From: Laetmonice hystrix
Taxonomy: Eukaryota
Reading direction: 5' to 3'
NCBI GenBank assembly: GCA_965235115.1
Contig: OZ249436.1
Span: 20,524,001 to 20,588,000, forward strand
DNA: 64,000 nt
Shown: positions 38,651 to 53,375 of the stretch, one piece after another
How positions within the stretch are numbered: position 1 is the first letter of the stretch
How the letters are laid out: the number at the start of each line of letters is the position of its first letter
Program-made: the position numbers and the translations under genes
Notes under the pieces: model-generated
Database searches by the model: none
The model's input: the letters and a program-made list of their open reading frames with translations, nothing else
Told to the model about the DNA's origin: nothing

Positions 38651-40728
38651 AAGGATATACTAAACTGTGAAATTATTACCTTCAAATAATCTCCCTTCGA
38701 AATTCTGTCTCATAGTTAAAACAAAATATACAAACAAAATTATTAATCTAATGCTGATATCCAGCGACTGATTAAATACAGATTTCTTATTATTCTAATC
38801 ATAATTTGGACCGGCGCATGCGTGCATAAAAATGATACTAAAAAATACTACGTACCCTGGTTCAAAAATTATAACTGTACCAAAGAAAGTTGGTAGCACT
38901 ACGACCCACACTCTACACTGTGCATACTAAGTGCGTATCTGTGTAATCAATTTACGGAAACTGAGTAGAAATATGGCCTCATAAGATCCGTAAACCTGTC
39001 AATATTGCTGAACTCCATGATAAACAGGTAAAAAGATAAACCAATAATGAAGTCTCAATTGTTAAATAAGCGGCATAAACAAGACACCTAATCTCATCTA
39101 GGCAAGGTACTCTGACTTAGTGGAAGCCACGAGCCTTAAAACATGCCAATATACTGGTGGAACAGTCTGCTGACACGATACATAATGATCAATTTTCATT
39201 TTATCATTGCCTTGAAAATAAAGTCAGGAAATGTGAGATAATTGTGAAGGGTCGACCAGCACTCAGGTAGTAATTTACTACACCGCTGCATCCCTCTGTT
39301 AAGGCCAAATTTACATTATTAGAGGCACAGACTGAGGCTAAACTAAACGCGGGATCCTTAGCGTCATTACTTGGCGAATATAGTTAATCTATCAATACAT
39401 TATATAATCTGCCTTGGCTTTACATGGGGCTTTTAAGAAGCTCTGTAAAATGCTATGACAACCTTTTTGTTCTGTTCGAAAATGTAACCGTTCATTTCCA
39501 CTTATACCATTCTGGTTTAATGCTGACATTTACAAAGATATACTACGAACCTAATCTACTACAAATGCCTGCACTCATCAGAGCGCGCATCATGCTACCC
39601 CTAGGACGTTCACTGTCTCAGATTCTTCATCAAAGGTACAGCATCATTTTGAGGGTTAAGGGCAGAGCATCACTTCAAACATCACATGTTTCCACACTTC
39701 CAACCCCTTCTAAGCAGCCTCACCATAGGCAGGATATTGGTTTCACTAATCCATTTCACCCCTTCGAGCTTTGCATAAGCAAAAATGATTGATGGCAAAG
39801 CAGCAGCTCTAAAACACGCTGGCTGATTTTGTTTGGGGTACTGATGTCGGGATCAAAGTTACCTAAGTCTTAAAACAGAATTCTTAGAAAGCCCTCCTGC
39901 GGGTTATTTATTTGAAGTGTACCATAGAACACATACGGGTTCACCATACGAGCAAGTAATTATACGGAACTCCTCTTTATCCCCTACATTTTTTCCTAAT
40001 ACCGCTCAAAATTTGGAAGGCTTAGAATAATTATAAAGTCATTCTTAAAAGAGGCTTTCTTTCTGATCACTGATGTTTTCATAGTATACTCAGGTGGCCC
40101 CTAACCTGGTTTAAGTAAGAATTTTCAGATGGGCACACAATTACCGTTACGTAGGCCATGAGAACATTCAAACTTCCATCAAAAAATTGTATCCCTTTGT
40201 TCTATATTTTTCGTCATCTACTCTCTACAATAAAGGCCAATATTAAATCGACCAGCACTTCTGACATATTAACTCTTTGCTAGAAAACAATTACAAGCAT
40301 GTTAAGGGTTTTGCTGTCATGCTCCGACCCGGCTACCTATCACGTCGAGGATGTGCGCAGCTTAGCGCAGCAAGAGAAACATCAATAGCTGAGGGCATGT
40401 GGGAGGCCTTTCATGTTGAGGCAGAAGCTCTGGGAAAATCAATGTGAAATATGTACAGGGGAGCTACCTTTTCTTAACGCCGTGACGCATCCCATGCTTT
40501 CTGCTCAGCGTTTGGAATTTGGGAATAGTCTTTTCTTCAAAGACTCCAACAGTAGGGGGCCTACTCAAGGCCTTACTGAAACTCAGTCTATGGTGTAGAC
40601 TTTGGAAAGAAAATCATTCTGTGTTCAGGAAGATTCACCAGGAACGAAGCTTTTAAGCACCTACGGATGTTTTGCTTACTGGTAAAACGTTTAGGACGTC
40701 ACGCAGCTGAAACTTGAACTCTTACTAA

Positions 40729-41257
40729 AGGCCTGGCCACACAGTATCCACCCCGTCACGTCTCCGATCCGACTCGGTGTCGGTCACACGAGCCATACTG
40801 GATGCGTCCCCCGTGCGTACGTACGGCACGTCAAGAGTTGGATGCGTCAATTTCGGCAAAGTCCATGTGTGTTCAGAACAGGTTGCATGTGTCCGCCGAA
40901 TGTAATTTTTGTGTTTTTTTCCGTTGCTAAATCACAGATTTTAGAACCACTTACTAGGGGAATCACCGGAAATGCTGGGGGAACCCCCTAAGTTTGGGGA
41001 TTCCCCGAATGCTGACCAGTCTATTCTCTCCTCGGCCTATTTATCTCATGCACCCACATTCCTCGTTGCTTTCACTTTCTCAGAAGAGCCAGGAGTTCAA
41101 TGTCACCGTCGGAACGACAACTCGACCTAGTCGCAAGTTCGGTTTCGGCCAGAATTATAGGCCTATTCTCCGCCTAAAATAGAACACTTATAAATTCTCA
41201 CGTATCCTGTCTGGCCAGGAATGCGTCTTTGATACGCATCCTGTGTGGCCTTTAGCT
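40729..41257. mobile_element. Degenerate Harbinger-like MITE
   Basis: GGCCACACAG near the left end and CTGTGTGGCC near the right end; TAA/TTA flanks; internal GATGCGT/ACGCATC subrepeats. Confidence 0.55.
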
Positions 41258-44200
41258 TTAAGATGCGGAGGTGGTCTGTGTTGAAGTAGGGCTTTAAAAC
41301 GTCTACCGTGGGCTGCTGTCTACAGCGCCTCCTGGCAGCTTGTATTGTCGATATCACCGTTCACACTGCTGTGCTTTCAGGTAGCGCGAAACATTATCAA
41401 CACAGTTCATGACTTGGTGTCAATACACCTTACATTAATACTATGAATTCTAGATAATTCTAGATCCTTTGGCTGATAATGATTTTGGCAATCATGAGTC
41501 GCAGACCCATTTTAATACTTTCTTGTTTTGTACTTTTCTCTACATTTCTGTGTCATCATACGCGAGTTGGGCATTTTTAGTCAGGGCTCAGGAATGATCC
41601 CATACTAATATCACTCAAGCTAGGACAGGATTTTACCTTTTAAACTTTCCAGCCTTCTTTACTTTCGTTTTTAATGCCCCTTTCAACTTGCAGTGCAGAT
41701 TTTAAAGGAATTTATTCACAGGTGAAAACAATTAGTTTAAAGAGACACAGAGACAGACTAACATATATCTCAGGACACAGGTTGTTTTGATTAAATCCTG
41801 CACAGGAAGACGCAACCTATCGATTGTCTAGTCCCTTTCAAGTAACGCAGATTATTTCCCCCAGCCTCCAGGTATGGCTTACTGAATCAGAAATCGTTAT
41901 GGCAAAGGCAGACAATGTCTCGACAGATTTTTGTCGAATACACTGTCGGCCTATCTGTTTTTATCCAGCAGACCTTACATCAGAAAACAATATCCTAATG
42001 GAACACTTATTTTTGATCAACTAAAAAGCAGCAAATACGCAAATGCCAACCTTGAAAACATAGCGAGATTTCGATTAAGAATATCACGTCAAAGGAGCAA
42101 CGATATAAAATTCAAAAAAACAGGCAGAGACAGCTGTTTTGCTTGCAACTACACTGAGATTGTTCATGACGAGACGTTTCGCGAACACACCTGTCTCATA
42201 TTCACATTTTTCGTCTGGCCAATAAACTCACAGATAGGACTGGCCGACACTTTGCGACAAGCTTCGGAAAGCTGTGTATAGTCAGTCAAAATATTCTCAT
42301 AAAAAAGGGATATGTGAAGCTGAATGCTGGAAATGTTAGGACTTTAAATGCTTCAGCGGAGGGCTCTTTCTCTCTAGAGCCTTGCCTGGGTTCCAAAGTA
42401 AAACTCAGAGGATTGTACAGAAACACGAAGACGGATACGTACATGCTGAGTTCTGAACGAACGATGAATCTACATGATTTTCTTGGGCGATGGCGAGGCA
42501 AAGGAATTAAGTGCAACGACTGAGTATCTGATAATCATCAAAGAGTTCCAACATCGCCAGACCTCCAAACCGTGGCGACACTGTAGCAAGACATCTGAAC
42601 TCTCAGCACAGATCCAGCAATTATTCCTTAGGCGCAAATGCTACGCAATGAATATCTATACATTATTGCACAGTACACAGTGGCGTATCGGGAGGGGGGG
42701 GGGGTTCCAAGTATCTCGGTACTCCCCTTGAAATAATGACTATATTAAGGAAATTTTTATTAGGCTATTATTTAAACCAAAGGAAACCTCCACACAAGAT
42801 GTCCCGAGATTGCATTATTTGATGCCATTTTTAATGTCCCAGTGGAGCATGGCCTAATGGCCATCTCTGAAGTACCTAAACTTCGAAAACGCCACTTTTG
42901 TAGAAAGAGACGACTATTAATGAAATAACTTCGAAAGTGTTACAGATATTGATGCTAAAAAGCCGGAAACATTTTTAAAATTTCAAACGACACGCTAATT
43001 CAAATGTCTGTACCTCTCTAAAGATACAAGGGTGAACATTCTGCAAGTTTCCCGAGAGAATATCCATGTGGAACCAATGATTTGTATGGATAATGGATGT
43101 CCTCTGCGGGTAAGTCATTACCACAGTAAAAACTGTAACGTTTACTGTTTGCCTAACCAGAGACATCCCTCAAATGGTCTGCTTCTTAAATAAGGGTCTT
43201 TGTGCTTGTCGACAATAGGAGTCTGATTACTGTAAAACGGTACGACGTCCGTCTCCAGTCCGCTGCCTCCTTTCACCGACTTCCTGTTTTGACGGACTAC
43301 GGAGTCCAATTCGTCTTTCTTCTCCCGCATCTCTCCGGACTCAGCGGCAAAATCACACAAAGGACGACGACTATAAAAACACACTCCTTACCGATTCACA
43401 ACACTTTCGTATCTCTCGATGCTAACAATACGGATCATCACAGGGAATTAATACTTTGTCGACATGCTACTTTTAAGATGAAACCAACAGGTTCAATTTG
43501 CGTCACTTGGAGCGGTGAGGCGCAGAGAGGGGCTGATGAAGTGTTGCATGCTCATCTTCATTTCATCTGAGAACAATATTCATTCTTTACCCGGGAATGG
43601 AGCACACTGTAAACTGAATATCAGCCACATCATGCTTTCTGACTAAAACAATGCATTGTAGAATTACAATTCTCACATTGCAGATGTAACATTTTCAACG
43701 TTGTATGTTTTAAACAAACGTACCAGTACTTCGGGAGAGTTAGAACTGCCATGGGACTTACTGGCAACACTAAATCTAGCCAACCCTTTCAGTTTAAATG
43801 ATGGCCATCTAATGCAGCGGTATGTTCTATAAGTGACAGAGTAAACATCATGTATGATCGTGAAGAAGTGAGTAACGAGAATCTGGTCTCAGACTCGAGC
43901 CCGACGCTCGGAACAGGGCAGAGTTCGGCTGCTGTCGGTGCGGTAGATCCAACTGAGTGTGATCCGTCACAACCATTAATAACCAAACGGATAGCCTCAA
44001 ACCGCCGTTTTTCATTGCTCTGCCGTGTAAAAGGGTCACGAGAGACAGTGTTGTATCACTCAAGTGCCAGAATCTTATCAAGGAGGGACACCACAAAGAA
44101 GTCAGTCTGACAGCATGCCAATAACATTACTACTTCAAGGTCTCCAATCAATCTTGGCCGTAATCGATACGACCGAGATTGCCAACCATGGAAGGATGAA

Positions 44201-44565
44201 GAGGAGCCATCCTACAAGAATTCCACCGAGTCTTTCTGGAGGAAGTAACGTTGGTGTGTGACACAGAGGACTGCCAAGTTGGGCTCTATTGACTACCGAG
44301 TTATCTTCTTTAACATGCATTCTGTAGGCCGGCTGCCTTCTCCCATAGGACTGGTCACAAACTAGAACCTTTTCGTCTGGCCTTCTTCCGTCGGGGGCGA
44401 ACACTGGGTAAGCAACGGTCCAGAGTTCTGTCTCCCTCTGGGCGATCGGTCCAATATACCAACCCTGCTCCTACTGAGAAACTCTGGGCGACTTATCAAG
44501 TGTCAATACAGAGTTGTGGCTATCTACTCAGATTCTTAAGATTCGTGCAGTCCCCAAGGTTCCAG

Positions 44566-45429
44566 CTATCTAACTTACTTTAGGATATATCAGACCATCC
44601 AACTTACTTTAGGAGATATGAGACCATCCAACTTATTTTAGGAGATATGAGACCATTTAACTTACTTTAGGAGATATGAGACCATCCAACTTACTTTAGG
44701 AGATCTGAAACCATCCAACTTACTTTGGGAGATAATTATGAGACCATCTATCTTACTTTAGGAGATATGAGACCATCTAACTTACTTTAGGAGATATGAA
44801 GCCATCCAACTTACTTTAGGAGATATGAGACCATCCAACTTACTTTAGGATATATCAGACCATCTAACTTACTTTAGGATATATCAGACCATCTAACTTA
44901 CTTTAGGAGATATGAGACCATCCAACTTACTTTAGGAGATAATTATGAGACCATCTATCTTACTTTAGGAGATATGAGACCATCCAACTTACTTTAGGAG
45001 ATATGAGACCATCCAACTTACTTTAGGAGATATGAGACCATCTAACTCACTTTAAGAGATATGAGACCATCTAACTTACTTTAGGAGATATGAGACCATC
45101 CAACTTACTTTAGGAGATATGAGACCATCCAACTTACTTTAGGAGATATGAGACCATCTAACTTACTTTAGGAGATATGAGACCATCCAACTTACTTTGG
45201 GAGATACGTGTAATTATGAGACCATCTATCTTACTTTAGGAGATATGAGACCATCTAACTTAATTAGGAGATATGAGACCATGTATCTTACTTTAGGAGG
45301 TATGAGACCATCCAACTTACTTTAGGAGATATGAGACCATCTAACTTGCTTTAGGAGATATGAGACCATCTGACTTACTTTAGGAGATATGAGACCATCT
45401 AACTTACTTTAGGAGATATGAGACCATCT
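44566..45429. repeat. 29-bp minisatellite, ~29 copies
   Basis: Unit AACTTACTTTAGGAGATATGAGACCATC(C/T). Confidence 0.97.
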
Positions 45430-47356
45430 GTCTAGTGTATCTATTCGAACTGTTGGTCATTCACCGAATGTGATGACCAACCTGATGTATCATACAAAAA
45501 TACCCCCTTTCCTTTTCCCACTACCCCCCCCCCCCCGAACAAAAAGGGAGGTCAATTCATTGTTCAATATAAACCAGGCCACACCAACAGTTAACTTGAC
45601 CACAGGACCCCATGATCATGGATTTTCTGACCTCAGTTCACTGCCAAACTTAATCTTGTATTCCTTGATCACGTTCCGTATGGTCTCGGCATCTTGAGTG
45701 GATTGGGCTGTCCGGATGTGAATGAGAACAGGGAAATGAAAAAGCACTAGAAATCCGGTTAGCAGCCACGAATGTCAGGTTCTACCGCTGTTTGTCGTCT
45801 GCGCTGCCCTGTACAAGATGTGTCAAAGCTCTTGGCCCATTGATAAAAATGCATCGTTCAATCATATACATAGTGTTAAAGTTATCACTTGAATCTTCTC
45901 CTTTCAGGTTTATGTTGTTATGTTGTTATGTTGTTGGTATAAGATTGTTATCTTATATTAAAAAAAAATATGAAATACGTCCAGTTTATGTTGAGGATAC
46001 ATTTGCTTATTTCCCCTATGGGTGCAGCATTTTAGGACACCCTGTAGACCACGTCTGACCGCCATCTGACCAACGCCTCATCAATCACCGCTGTCTAACT
46101 CTGTGAAAATCCGCGTGCATGGAATCATTTCTCTGATAACCAGTACAAACTGGGAACACGTATTTCCTGTACATTACAGGAGGTCAGTGAACTTCAAACA
46201 AAGATCCAGACACATTGAAGCTTTTGGACTCTTCGCGCAGCATCCCGGGCTATTGTAAATAAGAATAGGATAATTTCTAGCTATTTCCGAGTCATAATTT
46301 AAATGGGAGGACACTTTTATATTCACATATCGTCGGGGGAAGTTTCTAAAAACAAAGATCTAAAAGCTGCTCTAAGTGATAAGCTACTTGAATTTCACCA
46401 GTATTATTAAATTAATTAGCGCTCTGGGCAATTAAATTAGAGGCTCGTAATTCCCGAGCACGAGACCTTTCAATGTAAATTTTTCCCTTTGTAACTTTGC
46501 TGAAATGCAGACAAACCGGACCTATTACGGTCGTTTCAGAATCGCAATCTCCAATTTGCAGCCAGCGTTGTTTTTCCCACAGTCAAGATGATGGACATAA
46601 GGAGCAATGGAGAACTGAATTTATCAGCTGATAAACCGGGTTTGGTCTTTCCGAACTGTCAACAGACATTATAATGCTCGCGTAATGTAGGCTTCCCGGA
46701 CACCAAATTCCCTCCCTTGTGCCCTTAATTCTGAGCCTTCGTTCTCCAAATCTTGACAATGAACTGAATTTGCCTCTTGTAATGGATGTCTTCTGATGCC
46801 GCATGCATGAGCAAACATGCTGGCAGCTCACTCCTGTGCCACCCGCACCCATTGATAAAATGTAATAATGCTCAACAATTCGATTCTCTCCCAATTACCG
46901 GGATTAGTTGCGGAGGGTGGAGACAGTCCATTTGATACAGATTGGTCTGAGACGATGGCAGCCTGACTCCTTCTCCATCCAACATCTCTTGTCCTTCAGA
47001 TATGTGAGTCAGCCCTGCTCACAGCTCATCCATCTAAAGACGGGCTCTGTCGGCGCAATGCAGCTTTAACCGACCACACCTCACGTGGGGGGTTTACGCG
47101 TTCAACATGGAAGGCAGATTTAGAAATAATTACATCTAACACAGACCCTTGGCATTCAAACATGGCTGAATGATTGATCCTAACCACATCTCGTATGGGA
47201 TCTTGGCCTTCCCGAGTGTGTGACGGCAGAGTTAACTATCTGATCTACCGCTGGGGGGCTGCCGCCTACCGTCCCGCAGGGCGCTGGTTATGGTACGGTC
47301 CCCGCCCACTCAAACCCTTTAGAGAATTTTATGGCTTCGACAACAAGAAGCTGCTT

Positions 47357-47667
47357 TATACTGTTGTTCTCTATTATTATCTATGAGACGAATAGGGCAA
47401 AGATCTTACATGTATATTATACTGTTCCCTTTTAGTATCTATGAGAAAAATTTAGGGCAAAGATCTTGCATGTAGGCCTATATTATACTGTTGTTCTCTA
47501 TTATTATCTATTAGACGAAATTTAGGGCAAAGATCTTACATGTATATTATACTGTTCTCTATTAGTATCTATGAGACGAAATTTAGGGCAAAGATCTTAC
47601 ATGTATATTATACTGTTCTCTATTATTATCTATGAGACGAAATTTAGGGCAAAGATCTTACATGTAT
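47357..47667. repeat. ~61-bp tandem repeat, 5 copies
   Basis: GGGCAAAGATCTT recurs at about 47395, 47455, 47525, 47586, 47647. Confidence 0.95.
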
Positions 47668-48467
47668 ACGTAAGATGTCTCGTGGATCACTTTAGGGAAA
47701 TGTATGGGCCCAACCGGGCCGACATGTCTCTAAACTAAAGGAGGATTCTGACTGCTGTTATCGGCCCCTCTCAGCACAGTGATAGAACACAAAATCAATG
47801 CTTCCTCAATGGACGCGAATAGACAGGACCACGCTCAATGAAAGCCTCAAATACTGCCGACACTATCGTAAACGTACAGGTAAAAAAACACAGGGCTCTG
47901 TGAAGCATAGGAATCCTTCCACCTTATTGAGCTACCTGTCGAGTTTTAAGGCGATATCAGCCTAGCAGCGCAATAAAAGGCACCCGCGATCCTATTCAAT
48001 GATATCTTTGATCGTTTATTATACTACCGGGAATCATATCCCTAAAGCCACAACATCCCTGATGTTATTACTCTCGTGTGGCTGCCGGCATTGTCCTAAC
48101 AAGACAGGTCATCAACTGGTACCAATGTCATGGAAATGGTAGCACGCTTTCAGGGCCACTCCACTGTTATCTAGACGTAAAATCTAATGCCGGTGGGACT
48201 TGCCGTACCCGTTCAACATTCCAGATCTTGTAAGCCTGTAAGGCATTAGTCCTCGCACAGATAAGGTCAAGCCTCATTCTCAGTGGCGGGGCCTGCTCCC
48301 ATTGGCCCCATCGTGGGTTCTTCTCCGGACATGGGCTGGCTGCAGGAGCTAACACTGTGAAATATTATCACGGGGCTGACATTTCACAAGGAATACAAAT
48401 GATAAATTTGGAACATATTCTGTCCATTCCAATTCGGACAACCCCTGCTCTGTTGGTCAAACGTATT

Positions 48468-48648
48468 CAGGGTTTCCTGGAGATTTTCGACTTTTGTGGG
48501 GAATGGTGCGAGTTTGGGGGGGGGGACTACAGAGAGTAAAGCAAAATATTTCCCCCTGGAATTTTTTTTGAGGGGTGGGGGAGTAGCTGAATAATGGGGG
48601 GGGGGAGTCCCCCCCCCCCCAAAAAAAATGGGCCTGCAGGAAACCCTG
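48468..48648. mobile_element. MITE with CAGGGTTTCCTG TIR
   Basis: Perfect 12-bp TIR CAGGGTTTCCTG / CAGGAAACCCTG; flanks GTATT / CTATT (4/5). Confidence 0.75.
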
Positions 48649-51600
48649 CTATTTAATGTTTATGACAAGCACCAAACTGCAGCGCAACGAGAGAACATTT
48701 CTACAATATATTGTGATGTAAGACTTTGTTGACGTTCTATCCCAGGGAACTGAATTCAGGCCAAGCAGGCGTGCGACTACATGAATATGGAAAACTCTTT
48801 TTCTCGCTATCTCGCACTACCCATTAGCTGGAAACATTCTAGGTTACCGTACATTCCCAACACAGTCTTTTCATTACGTTCTTGATAACTGCAGGCTTGC
48901 AGAAAACCTACTCATAACACATTCCTACAATCATGCACGGCCTCTATTATTTCGGTCAACTCTAAAGAAGAAACTTCTTTCTCGATATATCAAAATAGAA
49001 ATCAAAATTTTTCGTATTAAATCTAATGACTGCTTCTAAAATCGCTACTCACACTCTGACATACTTCTGAAACATGTTGAAGACCATAGAAAAAAAAGTT
49101 TCCCAATCCTAATAAAGACGGCAGTTAGCAAGAATCAGGACTATGGATGCACACGATACTGGTGAAGAGAATCCTAGAGACACCTAGATCTACTAGAGTT
49201 GACTGTTATAGTAGTTACACTGATATGAAAGACGACATCTTACATACTGGAACTCTCCTATTTCTATCCCACGTATCTGTAATTCCGGTTGATACATTGA
49301 AAATTCGTTCTATTGCTTTCCAGTCCCATCGACAATCTAATGGTATAACAAAATAGCCTAGAATGTAAAACACAAATGTATAACACAAATCTTCGTCGAT
49401 ATTTTGTTTCGCATAATATTCATTCTATTTCTCGAATGTTAGTTTTGGCCTAGATATACACAATAAAAACCGTACTTTTCGCTTATAAAATGAAGTCTTT
49501 TGGAAAAAGGAACTAACAAGGAACCATGAAAACCACGATTTTTGAGTCTAGAAAAAACATGTTCTCCAAGATATATTTTCAAAAACAGAAGCTGGACTTA
49601 TTCTTAATCACTTTTGGAGGCAACATGGAACCAGGAACAAGACTATAAAATCCACCAGCTCAGATAACAAGGCCCTATCCGTCGACAAGTGCCATAGAAG
49701 ACAATTTGGTCAGCGTGGAGCCAGCGACCTGCCACGGCAACTACAGGTCATCTTGTCCATGCCATATCCCAGACTGACCATAAGACTGACCATTCATTCA
49801 TTATCCTGGCACAGAACGCCGAGTCTGGCAGGGCTCATGGCCCCACCCTGACAGCCCCATCAGTAACCTGAACTGTATGAGCTAGTCCATCCCAATTAAT
49901 GTGCAAGGCATGAACTGGCCAGTGTCCAGTGCTTGTGACCTGGGCATCAAGAGCCCAAGAGGCCCATACATCTAACACGGAAACTTGATCTCTTCAATCC
50001 TCATCTAACCGCTCATCCCAAACCTCTCATCCTTGCAGCTCTTGGTTTCCCAGGCTTCCGAATCCTCAAAGGTGGTCGCCTTTACACCGGCTGGTATCGT
50101 CGGCCGTATCTGGTTCCTGTGTCGTCACACCCCTGATCCGGTATCGTCACACCCAGGATAGCAACCCCGCCCGTCTTTAGTAAGCACGAGGATACTAGAG
50201 CTAGGATGAAGGCGATGAAACACGATTCGGACATCAGAACCAGACAGTGAGACCGCAAGGTGCGGCGTCAGGCTTTGATAATGATTCTCAGCCACTGCTG
50301 AATGCCACACGGACACCCACACCCACACAGGTGATCCGCGCCTTGTAACCGATCGAGCTGCCTTGGATACGGAATCAGGCAATTACCATGGCAACAGCTA
50401 GATCTAGTAATCCACTCTGTCATGGTCGCTCAGAGGATCAATGGTGGATATAGATTATGTCCTTTCTTTAGAAACAAGCATATTTTACTTATAGTGCCAA
50501 CTGCACAGATTACCTGAGGATTCTGATTCGGGTTTCGACTTTCATCCGTTTTCACTTTTAATAATACTAGTTAATCAGGGTTTTACGCATTCAGGGTCTT
50601 CACAGGGAGTACCAGGATGTAGTTAGGCGACATGCTATTTTCGAAACGATCGATTGCAGACACCTACCCTCAGTACAATACAATCGGTATTTTTAACTAC
50701 ATGTATTCATATTATTGCATGTCTCGGCCCGATCCTGGCGATGTCTGGATAGTAACACTTAATTTCTAAAATGCATGACTGGTACATGTATTTTAAAAAC
50801 TTGAAGGTTTTCTAAAGTAATGGACTTGTGTAAACTTTTAAACACGTTTAAGAACATCAATCCACTCATAGCTTTCATGGAAATTGAAGATTTAAATGTG
50901 TAAACATGTCGCGTTGTTTCTCTGTAATTTAAGCCCAAACTGGCACCTCCTAAAAACGAACACTGTGGGGAAAAGGGGAGGTAATGAAGCATAAACTGTG
51001 TTTGCCCTGGTCCTTGTGTTCACCCAGGAAGTCCTTTAATCAAACTTGGGACAACACTGGGGCCGTAACTACTGAGGGAGAATGACAAGACTTAATACTA
51101 ACAAGGGTATTACCCCATTCCGGGCAAAACTACACGGAAAAGCGCTGAGTTTTACCCAATCTCCACCAGGCATTTCATGCCTGGCAGCCATTTGCGGGGC
51201 CGTTTCCTGGCCTGATCAATGTACTGGAATTACAGAGAGTGCTGTGAAGGTTTGCTGGGCGATCAGCCGGAAAGCCATACCAACAGCCGGCCAAGACACG
51301 AGGTGCTGGCCATTCTCTCCATCTGGCTATATAGCGGGGCGGGGGGGGGGGCACAATAAGGGACCGAAGTGTGAGGGGCTAGGGAGATTTCTTCTCACTG
51401 AGTCTCATGGCAGTGCAGCAGCCAATTGTTTGCTGCATCAACTGAACGCTGTTCTAGCAACGTCCATTTCAGGGATGTCAGTACATGGTCATTTTGCCAA
51501 CTTCACTGTAATTTCTAGCGCTTGCCTTCAAAAGTCTACGTTATATGACGATACAGAATATTGTTTTATTGATGGGAGGGATGTCTTCCCAACATTATAT

Positions 51601-53375
51601 ACTACATACATGTATTAATGACTTAGATAGTATACTTGATATTTTCCCCTTTCTACAACGTTCGTTATCCATTTCAAAATCCATACCTACCCACAGCGTC
51701 CTGGATGCACTCTAAACAATTAGAAAATACTTGTCGATGACGCGTTTAACCTACAGGTATGCCAGTGTTACAAAGATTGATTCCAAAATCCCGTCAGAAC
51801 TTTGGTAACATTTCCCAGACTGCATAGTTCTATTACCGAGAGTCCCCTCAGGACAACCCTTTATTCGATGCCTCCGTCTGGCAGTCTCAACAACGGCATA
51901 TACACTCCAGGCATCCTACCTTTCTGTAACCACTGGAGTGAAAGATCTCCCAGTCTTTGGTCTAGTGACACATTTTAGAGACTTGTTCTCTCCACTTCGT
52001 AAACCTCGTCAGACATGTACACAGTAGTCCTTATTTAGTAGGTAGAATGCACGCTATAATAGTGTCATCGTTATAATAGTGACAAATGGTGGCCGGCGAC
52101 ACCTGGAAATGACCTGAATACAAAATACTACGTCCAAGTAGCAATATAAGAACATGTCCAAAAATTATTTACGAGACAGATGGGAATGACCTCAATGGGC
52201 ACCCATCCATTCACATAAAACTGAGTTTGTTTCTACATGTCCTTTGTAAGGATAAATCACCATAAACTTTTTTGGGGGGCTTTTCCTGTCCTCTTGGTAG
52301 CCCACAGTGTCACACAGGCAGTCACACTCCATGGCCACAACCGCCTTCACTCCTGTACATAATTCGTTGATTTGTAAACTTCTCCTGAACCTTTCAAACC
52401 TTCGTCTTCGTTTTGAAAAATCAACCAAAACACATTCCTTTGCTACCAGAATCTGGTCACTCGATCAGAAAATAACCATGTTGGTCGAATGGTCGACAAT
52501 CAGTCTTAACAGTGATGATGGTGATGAATTGTGTGGATATTTCCTCTAATACTTGAGCTAATCCAGTGGGACTAATCCCGCTCCCATCAGCAATCATTAT
52601 TCGTCAAGTATCAGAACCTGGGGAAGACAGCCATAAACGATCTCCCCAGTGAGTGTTCAACTCCCAGGTTGTCTGTGTGGGTCACTCTCCCGCCAACTTT
52701 CCCGTTTACATGACGTAACTTGATTGACGTGCGGGACAGTTGGACGTGACGTGACGTATCCACCTGGACCGCCACGGACGCCCTGTTACATCTTTTTTAA
52801 CAATCAATGCCTTTGATGGGGCCACTCTGACGTTATCCAGCGTCAGTGAATCCCATCGACGGTAAATCACCATCAACTCCGAACCATTAACTGCTGGCTA
52901 CATCCTCCCAAAGATGCTCATAGCCATCAATTCACTCAACTTCCCTGGCAACTAATGTCAGCCCATCGAGTCTTCGTCCCTGTGAATCCCGTCAATCTGT
53001 AGCTATAGCAATGGAATGAGCTTTAACACCATCCACTGGTAGTTCAATTGATATATGGTACCTTCCAAATTATTCTGCTTTGGTTGAACCCCCTAACAGA
53101 GGGCGCTCATGGAAACAATGATTCACCCCCCCCCCCCGAAAAACGGGCATCGACTAGTTTTAATAAACATTCTTTTACCGTTAAATAACAATAAATGTTA
53201 ACGTCTTAGTTCTTCAAAACGTATAATTGAATGAGAGATCAAACGTTGTAAAGCTACTTCTGGTTATTTATGAATAACAAAAACAAACTATTAGTATAGT
53301 ATTATTGTATATACCGGTAATAATATAATTTTAAAAAAGATTTAATACAAAACGGGGATTTCTAGCCGGACTCTC

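Noticed and set aside
44260..44480. RTE-like 5' UTR or HDV-like ribozyme
   Set aside because: Only short motif resemblance; could not build the nested double pseudoknot.
51082..51618. 178-aa ORF on +
   Set aside because: No recognisable motif, runs through a G homopolymer, antisense within an intron.
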